A DNA stretch of 64,000 nucleotides from the NCBI RefSeq assembly GCF_006345805.1, contig NC_042999.1, forward strand, positions 60,574,001 to 60,638,000. Direction: 5' to 3'. This DNA comes from Octopus sinensis (lineage: Eukaryota). A model generated the notes under the pieces. The model was not told where the DNA came from. It saw only the letters and a program-made list of their open reading frames with translations, and made no database searches. Positions within the stretch are counted from its first letter, which is position 1. Each line of letters begins with the position of its first letter. Shown piece by piece: positions 53,470 through 64,000 of this stretch. Position numbers and translations under genes: made by a program.

Positions 53470-54522
53470 ATTTTGGGGAAAATTTTAGGTCAAACTTTAC
53501 GAAAAATTGTTGATGAAAACTTTTGGGGAAAATATTCGGTGAAAATTTTGGAAAAATTGTGGGTGAAAATTTTTGGGGAAAATTTTCGGTGAAAATTTTC
53601 GGTGAAAATTTTCATTAAATTTTTGGGTGAAACTTTCCGTGTAAATTTTCGAAAAATTGTTAGTGAAAATTTTTGGGGAAAATTTTCGGTGAAAATTTTC
53701 GGAAAATTTTTGGATAACATTTTCGGAAAATTTTTGGGTATAATTTTCTGTTCAAATCTCCGAAAAATTTTTGGGGAAAATTTTCGGTGAAAATTTTAGT
53801 AAAATTTTTGGAGAAAATTTTCCGTGAAAATTTTCGGAGAATTTGTCGAAGTAAAATTTTTGGAGAAAATTTTCGGTGAAAATTTTCAAAAATTTTTGGG
53901 CAAAATTTTCGAAAAATTGTTGGTGAAAATTTTGGGGGAAAATTTTTGGGTAAAATTTTCGGTGAACATTTTCGTTAAATTTTTGTGTAAAATATTCGGG
54001 TAAAATTTTCGAAAAACTTTTGGGTAAAATTTTCGGTGAAAATTTTCGAAAAAGTTTTGGGTAAAATTTTTAGGGAAAATTTTCGTTAAATTTTTGGGTA
54101 AAATTTTCTGTTCAAATTTTCGAAAAATTTTTGGGGAAAATTTTCGGTGAAAATTTTAGTAAAATTTTTGGAGGAAATTTTCCGTGAAAATTTTCGAAAA
54201 ATTTGTCGAAGTAAAATTTTCGGTGAAAATTTTCGTTAAATTTTTGTGTAAAATTTTCGGGTAAAATATTCGAAAAATTTTTCGGTCTAATTTTCGAAAA
54301 ACTTTTGGGTAAAATTTTCAGTGAAAATTTTCGAAAAATTTTTGGGGAAAATTTTCGAAAGATCACAAGGACAGCGGTGCCAAAATCACAAAGTATAGAT
54401 GGCCACCGGTGTCAAAATCACAAAGTATTGAAGGCCAGCGGTGCCAAAATTTCACTGAAAATTTTCCCCAAGAGTTTTTGGAAAATTTTTACCGAAAATT
54501 TTACCCAAAAGTTATTCGAAAA
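53470..54522. repeat. A-tract satellite (GAAAATTTT-based ~12-13-bp units) with a 360-bp higher-order repeat, a 32-bp spacer repeat and an inverted arm
   Basis: CTGTTCAAAT landmark at 53748 and 54108. 32-bp units at 54372, 54404 and 54436. Orientation flips after about 54445. Confidence 0.92.
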
Positions 54523-54549
54523 TATGTATATATATGTACGTATATATAT

Positions 54550-54607
<58 letters not shown>

Positions 54608-54731
54608 CCGAAATTACTACGATGATCCGTTCTTGACTGAAGACTGAGGGGTTCGAATGTCCTGTCCATGTTTATTGTATCGTCTTCTATGAGTTATACG
54701 TTCTTGTCCATGTTGTATTTTTCTACATACC

Positions 54732-54780
<49 letters not shown>

Positions 54781-54980
54781 TATATATTTGAAAAGCCCAC
54801 TCGATTGGGAGAAAGCGCTAATCCGAATGATATGATCTGAATGATATGATATATATGTAAAAAATGTAATATATAAATAAATATCTATAAATATGAACCA
54901 TCCGATCTGATTACCTCATTTTTTCTAATTATATATATATATATATTATATATATAATATATATATGTATATATATGTAC

Positions 54981-55028
<48 letters not shown>

Positions 55029-55172
55029 GGATGTATATATATACATATGTATTTTTATATATACATACATATATGTATATATATATGTATGTATATATAT
55101 ATATATTGTTATATGTTCATTTTTTGTTACTTATTATTGTTTTTGTTGTTGTTATTGTTATTTTTATTATTA

Positions 55173-55203
<31 letters not shown>

Positions 55204-55644
55204 GTTTTGGTTTGTTCTGTTTTATAAAGCCCGATGCCAAAGACGAAGTTTTAATTAATTCTTATTGTCCGAATGTGACTTACTAAAATTAAATTTTTTA
55301 TGAAATTCATCATGTGTATTTTGGTGTTTATGTATTTGTTATATTATTTTTACTGGCTGTCGTTTCTTCTGTTGAATGCAGTCTGATAATAAATTTCTTT
55401 TTTCTTCGATTTTCGTGATATATAAAGAGCGCAAGAGAAGGAAAATATATTCTGAGTTACAAAATCTGAAAGGATATTAATATATACACACAAACTCACA
55501 GCCACGCACACACACTTGCAAACACAGAGAGATATAAATACACAGAGACATAAACACATGCACACACACATACAGTTAGATAGATATATGTAATATAATA
55601 TAACATAATATAATTATATATATGTAGGTATATATTATTATTTG

Positions 55645-55765
55645 TACCGGTCTATTTTGCCAAACGGCTAAGTTACGGGGAGGTAAACGCGCCAACATCG
55701 GTTGCCAATCGATGATGAGGGACAGACAGACGCACAAACATATACTCATTCACTCACAAACATAT
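55645..55765 (-). mobile_element. SINE family A internal fragment
   Basis: CTAAGTTACGGGGA.GTAAAC...CATCGGTTG.CAA.CGATG. Confidence 0.75.
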
Positions 55766-55809
55766 ACGCAAACATATATATATTATATATGTATATATAT
55801 ATATATATA

Positions 55810-55936
<127 letters not shown>

Positions 55937-56049
55937 ATTTAGGAATTGTCATTTTGCCAGTTTAGCCAATAGAAACACACACATTATATATTTGGTGTTA
56001 CTTGCTCAGCGTTATTTATTTTTTACATTAATCTTAATCTTATTCCTAA

Positions 56050-57600
56050 ATACAACAATTAATTAATAAATATATATATATATAAAAAAATAATAATAAT
56101 AAAATAAATAAAGAAATAATTTAATTAATTAATAAATATATATATATATAAAAAATGAAAATAAAATAAATAAATAAATTAATTAATTAATATATATATA
56201 TATATATAAATAAAAAAAAAATTAAAATAAAATAAATTAATTAATTAATTAATTAATTAATAAATATATATATATGAAAATTTCTTTTTTTGAATAAATA
56301 AATAAATTAATTTATTAATTAATTAATATATACATATGAAAAAGAATAAAAAATAAATAAATAAATTAATTAATTAATTAATAAATATGTATATATATAA
56401 AAAAAATAAAAGTAAAATAAATAAATAAATTAATTAATTAATTAATAAATATATATATAAAATAATAAAAAAGAAAAATAATAAATTAATTAATAAATAT
56501 ATTTATATATATAAAAAAAAGAAAAATAAAATAAATGAATAAATAAATTAATCAATTAACTAATAAATATAAAAAAAATAAAATAAAATAAATTAATTTA
56601 TTAAGTAATTAATAAATATATATATATATAAAAATAATTAAAAAAATATAAAAATAAAATAAATAAATGAATAAATAAATAAATTAATTAATTAATATAT
56701 ATATATATTAGGCGCAGGAGTGGCCGTGTGGTAAGTAGCTTGCTAACCAACCGCATGGTTCTGGGTTCAGTCCCACTGCGTGGCATCTTGGGCAAGTGTC
56801 TTCTGCTATAGCCCCGGGCCAACCAATGCCTTGTGAGTGGATTTGGTAGACGGAAACTGAAAGAAGCCTGTCGTATATGTGTGTGTATATGTATATGTAT
56901 GTGTGTGTTTGTGTGTCTGTGTTTGTCCCCCTAGCATTGCTTGACAACCGATACTGGTGTGTTTATGTCCCCGTCACTTAGCAGTTCGGCAAAAGAGACC
57001 GATAGAATAAGTACTGGGCATACAAAGAATAAGTCCCGGGGTCGAGTTGCTCGATTAAAGGCGGTGCTCCAGCATGGCCGCAGTCAAAATGACTGAAACA
57101 AGAAAAAAGCAAAAAAGAAAAAGAAAAGAAAGATATACAAGTAAAAAATAAAATAAATAAATAAATAAAAAAATTAATTAATTATATATATATATATATA
57201 TATAAAATAAAAAATAAAATAAATAAATAAATAGATTAATTAATTAATTAATAGATATATATATATATATAAAGAAATAAATAAGAATAAATATAAAATA
57301 AATAAATAATTAAATTAATCAATTAATTTATAAATATATAAAAATAAAAAAATAATAAATAAATAAATTAATTAATTAATTATATATATATATATGAAAA
57401 GGAAAAATAAAATAAATAAATAAATAATTAATTAATTAATTAATATATATATATATAAAAAATAAAAATAAAAATTTTTTTAAATAAAATTAATTAATTA
57501 ATTAATAAATATATATATATGAAAAAAATAATGTTTTAAATAAATTTAAATAAATGAATAAATAAATAATTAATTAATTAATAAAATAATATATAAATAT
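56050..57600. repeat. Almost pure A/T minisatellite (~50-bp units) interrupted by a SINE
   Basis: Recurrent AAATAAATAAATTAATTAATTAATAAATATATATAT units. A similar stretch lies at 62615-62690. Confidence 0.9.
56711..57105 (+). mobile_element. SINE family A, full length
   Basis: Head GGCGCAGGAGTGGCCGTGTGG through tail GTCAAAATGACTGAAAC. Confidence 0.95.
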
Positions 57601-57626
57601 AAAAATATGAAAATATACATTCATAC

Positions 57627-57683
<57 letters not shown>

Positions 57684-57948
57684 ATATATAAAATTTATAA
57701 GTTTAAATTATTTAAACAATTTTTTATATTTAACTTTTATATTTTAAATTCATTTTACGTATTGGTTTATGTTTTTCACTGTTTGATTTGCCTAATAGTG
57801 GTTTTATCTCTAATTTAATATAATATAATATATTATAATATATTTATACTATAAAATTGGATTTAATCCTAAATCTAATTTTTCCCTGTAAGTTTCGATT
57901 TATTCCCTAATATTATTATTATTAATATTGATAAATTTTAATGATAGT

Positions 57949-60224
57949 ATGAATGATAATTTTACTTCTAATTTCACATCCAAAAATGAACCCCCATTTA
58001 ATTGAGAATTACAAATATTAGAAGATAATATTTGGAAGGTGGTGAAAAACATTAAATTTCATAAATACCCAAACAGAAATAATGAGTATTTAAGAAATTT
58101 AGCAATTAGAATTAAAGAAATGAAAATATGGATGGTAGTATTGTACAATCAGATACAACTAGGAATCTCTATAAATTAGATGTTAAATTATATGATAACC
58201 TTTTAGAGAAAGAAATAATTAAAAAATATAAAATTGTTCCAGATAGTATACTTTATAATATTAATAAGGCCTCTAAATTAGTAATGATAAACTATGAATT
58301 GGATAATAAAACTGAACCTTAGGTACCTATGCACCCTAGAATTACTCTGAAAGACCATAAAGATAATTTTTATTCAGACCCTAAAGTTAGATTAATTTGT
58401 CCATGTAAATCTGACCTTGGTAAATTGAGTAAACTTATTTTAGATAAATATATTAATAAATTAAATAAACTTAATTACTTAAAATTATGGTTTAGTAATA
58501 ATAATACTTTAAATTGGTTTAATAATATTAAAGATAAAAATCGATATAAATTTATTCAAATAGATATAGATAATTACTATTCTTCTATTAATGAACTTGT
58601 GTTTAATAAGGCCCTTATTTTTGCAATGAATAAAGTGGGAATGTCTTTTGAAGAGATTAATGTAATTAAAATGGCTAGGAAATCGTTTATAAAATATGAA
58701 ATAAATTATGGGCTAGGAAAGATACTAGGGACTTTTTTGATATACCTACGGGAGCACCTGATTCTGCACAAGCTACGGATTTAGTAGGTATTTATCTTTT
58801 ATCTGAACTCCAATTAGAAAATTTAAAAATAGAGGGTGGTTTATATAGGGATGACCTTCTACTAATTACTAAGAATTGCACTAATAGGAACCTAGAAGTA
58901 TATAACAAAAAACTTTATAGTTTCTTTAAAAGATATGGTTTAAGTATTACTATATATAATGAGAATTTTAATGTTAATTGTTTAGATGTTAATTTTAATC
59001 TAATTACGGGTAAAACACAACCATATCATAAACTTAATGAGAACCTTAGATATATGAATGTTAATAGTAATCGCCCACCATCAATTAAAAAATCGTTGAT
59101 TAATAATATAAGTAAACGTATATCATTACTTTCTTATGACTTAGAGATTTTTAATAAACATGTTCCTTATTTCAATGAGGCCCTTAGAGAGGCAGGTTAT
59201 TATAGTAATATTAAATTTTTTATTAAAAATAAAGATAAAACTATTAATAATAGAGATAAAAATATTAATAATAATTATAATAATTTTGTTAGTAATATTG
59301 GTAATAATCTTAGAAATTATAAAAATAAAAAATAATATAAATAAAAATAAGAATAAAAATAAAAATAAAAATAATAACTTTAATAATCCTTTAAATGTTA
59401 ATTATAAATTTAAATCTAATAATAATAATAATATGATAAAGAAATATAATAATAATAATGGTAACAATAATAATGACAGTTTTAATAATAACAAGAAGAA
59501 AAGTAAGAATAAAATTTGGTTAATAGTTCCTTATGGTGCTCAAGTTAAAACGGACATTATTAAAGAGATTTTAGATATTATTGAACTATTTATTCGAGAT
59601 AATCGTAAATATAAAAACATTTTCTCTAGTAATAATTTTGGAGTAGGTTATTCTACCACTAATAGTGTAGGTAACATTATTTCTTCTTTTAACAAATTTA
59701 AACTGAATAATTTTTATAAAAATAAATTATATAATAATACCAATAATAAAAAAGATAAGACACTAATTAACTATACATGTAGAGATAAAACTAAACGCAA
59801 ATTAAATAATAAATGTGACATTAACGATGTAGTGTATAAATGTATAGTTACATTACATGATGAACATAATAAGAATAATAATAACTCAAGCGCGATATAT
59901 ATAGGGTCCACTTCCTCTAAAATAAAATTAAGAATCGCACAGCATATGCATTCTTTTAAAAATAAAAACTTAATTAACTCCACTTGACTTAGCAAGTACA
60001 TTTGGGGACTTAAATCCCAAAATATTAATTATGATTTATCCTGGGAAATAATTAGTAAGGCTAAATCATATAGTATAGGAGATAAGTTTTGTTATTTATG
60101 TTCAAATGAGTTTAAAGACATTTTATTTTATAAGCATGATAATTTAGTGAATACCTGGGATGAGCGCAAAATAAAATGCAGACACAAGTTGCTTTACTTA
60201 TATAACAAATTTCTTGATAAATAA
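57949..60224 (+). pseudogene. PLE reverse transcriptase-GIY-YIG endonuclease ORF, decayed
   Basis: RITLKDHK..VRLICPCKSDLG, IQIDIDNYYSSI, GAPDS, LYRDD (58841-58855), CLDV, VVYKC...IYIGST, LSKYIW, FCYLC and CRHK. Three frameshifts; stops near 58000 (TGA), at 58320 (TAG) and at 59985 (TGA). Confidence 0.93.
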
Positions 60225-60974
60225 TTAATATTTATTAGCCTTCATTAGCTCCTTATTTGTTGATTTATGTAATAGTATTCTAAATATAGCAAGTGATATG
60301 TGGTACTTATTATATTAGTTTATTTTAGTTATTTAGGTTCTGTTTTTAATTATAGTTAGATTATATATAGTTGTTTATTTTATTACTAAATATTTTATTA
60401 CTAAATATATTTTTTAATAAATATTTAATGGTTTATTGAATATAGAGTTTGTTAAGTTACAATTTTATTTATCTTTTAATAAAGTTAAGTTTATATATTT
60501 TGTTATATTTCTGTTATAATTTTGTTAAATTATAATTTTGTTATATTAATCTATTTGTATGTAATCTGTTTATATTTGAAATAGATTTATTTAATTGTTT
60601 AGTTAATCTATTTTATTTTATATAGAGGTATAGATTAGTAAGATTAAATATTTAGATTAAACTTAACGTTTACCTCTTTTTTTGTATTGTAGTATGAATA
60701 TAGACATTTATATACGTATTTATTATATGATATATGTGTTTGGGCGTGTATGTATATATGTGTATGTGTAGATGTGCGTATATATATATGTTTATGTATA
60801 TACATTTATTTATGTGTGTGTGTGTGTGTGTGGGTGTATATAGGTGTATGTGTATATATTGAGTATTGTATGTATGTACATGTATGTATATGTGTGCATA
60901 TGTGTATGTGTGTATGTGTGTGTATATATGTGTGTATATATGTATATGTATGTATGTGTGTATGTATGTGTATA

Positions 60975-61049
<75 letters not shown>

Positions 61050-62469
61050 GTATGTATATTTATGTATATATGTATACGTATGTATTGTTATACTGCAAAT
61101 TTTGATAAGTATTTTAGAGATTTTGTTTATGATCACTAATTTTAGCTTATAATTATAAGAGTATGGGGAAATACTTTATAGTACGATGAGGGGTTACTAT
61201 AAAATTTTTTAAATATATTTATTAATCATATAAGATTCTTAGAATATATTTAATAATTAGTGGTCTTTAATCATTTAAATTATTTAATTTATTTTGTATT
61301 AAGTATTATTTATCATAGTTATTTTATTAATAAATCTTATAGTATAGAGTGATTTTATTCTTTATTTGTGACTTCATTCTATGTACACTGATAAACAATT
61401 AATCTTCATTGATAAAGCGTATTTGTTCCTCACGCTTAATGAATTCTTCAACAATTTATTCTTTCTTTGCTAATAACGTAATTCCACAAGTATTCTTATA
61501 AACGCTGTAAAGACGTTTTCCTATTCAAATTTTACTTCATTACAAAAGATAAGTATTTATTTATATTTAAGATCTTTAAATTGTAAATTTTAATATTTTA
61601 TAAGTCTTTGGTGTAATAATATTTTCCTTGTGTAAATATTGTAATTTTCTATATTATTAGATATTTTCTATATTATTAGATATTAAATTTAAGTTTATTC
61701 GTAAGATACTACTTAGCGATAGATTTATGTTTGATAGCAAATATACGAGGTATCTAAAGTTAGGCTTTTCTATATACATGCATTAATAGTATTAATTGTA
61801 GTTTTAAATTTCTTATAATTAAAATTAGATAAACTTTGATAAACTTAGATATGTTTCGACTAAAGATTGGTCCAGGCCATGTCTAACTTAATAGCATAAC
61901 TTAGTTATTGTCTTTTAAAATTGATATTCGCTAGTTATTCCCATTGATAATTATATTTATAGTATTTATAGTATTTATTCGATACTATATAACTACGAGT
62001 TGATTATTTCTATAAGTATTTTACATAAGATTTCCGAAAGTTCGCTTAAGTTTGTTTGTTTGTAATTTTTGAAATTAGCTATTTCATCTTTAGATATGAA
62101 AAATTAATTTATTAGGTTTTTATTATATATGTGCATATATATTTATTTATAGAGATTATTTTAGATCTTAATTATAATATTTATATACATTTATATATTT
62201 TCATTGATAATTTATATATAATAATTACTTTTTTTTAAATATTTATTTAATTAGATATAGACTATTACCGATATTAAATTATTGGTGGGTTTCCTACATT
62301 ATAAATTAAAATTAATATTTAAATTATAATTGATTTTGATATAATCATAATTGTTAAGTTTTAAGTTTCTAGTTTGATAATAGAGTTTATTTTAAGTAAA
62401 ATTATTATATTATTTATATCTTTAAAATATTGTTTAAATATTTCTGATTATTTTAAAATATTTCAATTA

Positions 62470-62560
62470 ACCTGAAGATTGACTGTAACCATAACTCGAA
62501 TTATTAATTGAATTTAAATTATTGTTATTCGTATTGGTACAGCCATGAAACGATCGTAGT
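62470..62560 (+). ncRNA. Candidate type I hammerhead ribozyme (PLE-associated, possibly decayed)
   Basis: CTGAAGA at 62472-62478, a long stem II (TG.CTGTAACCA / TGGTACAGCCA), GAAA at 62547-62550, a palindromic stem III CGATCG and a GUA cleavage triplet. Stem I has only 2 bp. Confidence 0.55.
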
Positions 62561-62699
62561 GTTTTACTCTTTATCTTTTATTAAACTTTTAATACTTTTG
62601 ATATATATGTATTAAAAAAAATTAATTAATTAATTAATTATTTAATTAATAAATAAAATAATATATAAATATATACATACATACATATATATATATATT

Positions 62700-62938
62700 T
62701 GTATATATATATAAAATTTATAAGTTTAAATTATTTAAATAATTTTTTATTTTTAACTTTTATATTTTAAATTAATTTTATGTATTGGCTTATGTTTTTC
62801 ACTATTTGATTTGCCTAATAGTGGTTTTATCTCTAATTTAATATAATATAACATAATATAATATATTTATACTATAAAATTGGATTTAATCCTAAATCTC
62901 ATTTTCTCCTGTAAGTTTGGATTTATTCCCTAATATTA
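62700..62938 (+). repeat. 3' pseudo-LTR copy of the PLE
   Basis: Aligns to 57680-57915 (e.g. TTGCCTAATAGTGGTTTTATCTCTAATTT at 57788 and 62811). Confidence 0.92.
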
Positions 62939-63458
62939 TATATATATATATTATATATATATATATATATATCTATATATATATATATATACATATATGT
63001 ATGTATGTATGTGTGTGTGTGTGTGTATATAATTGCGCTAAGAGTAAATGCGCTAAGCAGTGTTTACATATAATTCACAATTTAAGTTAGTTGAAATATG
63101 TTTGTCAAATATTTAACCTGCTGAAGACAAATACACGTAAGAGAAAAAAACATTGTCTTATGTTAAAAAGGTTGAAAACACCCAATTCGTTCAGTGTTGC
63201 CATCTCTTTGGGAATCTCAGACATCGATGTCTCGAATGCATTGACTCTTGTCAATGAGATGCCCCCAAGAGAAGCATTCTGAACGAAATGATAAAGCTAT
63301 AGCTTTTTATATAAATCAGTCTACACATTGACTGATTTGCTCTAGTAGATAGCCCGATTGTCAAAAATATCGGAGTAAATGCGCTAAGCAGGGCTACGTA
63401 TGTATGTATTTATGTATGTATGTATGTATGAATGAATATGTATATATATATACATATA

Positions 63459-63537
<79 letters not shown>

Positions 63538-64000
63538 CATACAACATGTCTAGTGAATGTTTCAAAAAAAGATGGGTGAATGTAGCAAGGATGGCACGTA
63601 TGAATGATGAAGCCACCTTGAGCATAATCCTATGAACCCGGAAAAATTTAAAACAGAGTTACTTACTTGCAAATAAATGTGTTAACATGTGACATTATTG
63701 ACTGAGGTTACCGTGGTCGCTTCTGTAGGCTTTTCTTTCCACGAATAACCTTATCTCTTTCCCCCTTTACACTTTACATCATGACATTTCTTTGATACAC
63801 GATCCTTATTGATCGTTTTTTTCTTTCTTTTTTACGATTCCTTCTGATCGAAAACCTACCCCACTTTTTTTTCTCCCCCAAAAGAAAAGCTCTACTTTGT
63901 AATTTGTCCCCTCTGTGTTCAGCCCTGTGTGGCTAATAAAAAAATATATCTATCTCTATATGTATTGTGTTTTAATGTATGAGTGAATCTGTGTGTTTGT

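Larger units (their letters stand above)
57680..62938 (+). mobile_element. Penelope-like retroelement (Naiad-like), ~5.0-kb unit with pseudo-LTR direct repeats
   Basis: An RT plus GIY-YIG ORF is flanked by a direct repeat at 57680-57915 / 62700-62938 (offset 5023). Confidence 0.9.

Noticed and set aside
53490-54625. ORFs rich in KIFRKF / ENFR
   Set aside because: These are translations of the A-tract satellite.
54601-54660. GAAA...CTGAAGA motif pair suggesting a permuted hammerhead
   Set aside because: Stem I cannot form and stem III is marginal.
60225-60400. Search for a SECIS downstream of the PLE stop
   Set aside because: I could see no RTGA-N11-12-AA...GA stem-loop by eye.
61845-61885. 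CTAAAGATTGG...GCCATG resembling the hammerhead at 62472
   Set aside because: The core is mutated and GAAA is absent, so it is too degenerate to call.

Overview
AT-rich eukaryotic genomic DNA saturated with microsatellites and transposable elements. Nothing prokaryotic is present (no operons, rRNA or CRISPR). The repeat families (three abundant tRNA-derived SINEs, Dong/R4-like LINE relics, mariner MITEs) resemble those I recall from coleoid cephalopod (Octopus) genomes; this is an inference, not a database result. Nearly all listed ORFs are microsatellite artefacts. Best-supported content: (1) a ~2.9 kb tandem duplication (10281-13131 / 13181-16041), each copy holding a terminal hairpin, a mariner 5' fragment and a complete non-autonomous Helitron; (2) a Helitron helicase relic (27840-28778); (3) a near-intact DD37D (maT) transposon (29185-30474); (4) R4/Dong and Hero-type LINE fragments; (5) a Tc1-like DD34E element with 21-bp subterminal repeats; (6) an A-tract foldback satellite; (7) a decayed ~5 kb Penelope-like retroelement (RT plus C-terminal GIY-YIG, Naiad-like) with a pseudo-LTR direct repeat, an in-frame TGA inside the endonuclease, and a candidate type I hammerhead ribozyme in its 3' region. 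The hammerhead's 15-nt core recurs in the hairpin at the duplication breakpoints. A chain of phase-compatible minus-strand exon candidates suggests that most of the window is intronic to an unidentified host gene (low confidence). SINE family labels A, B and C are my own.
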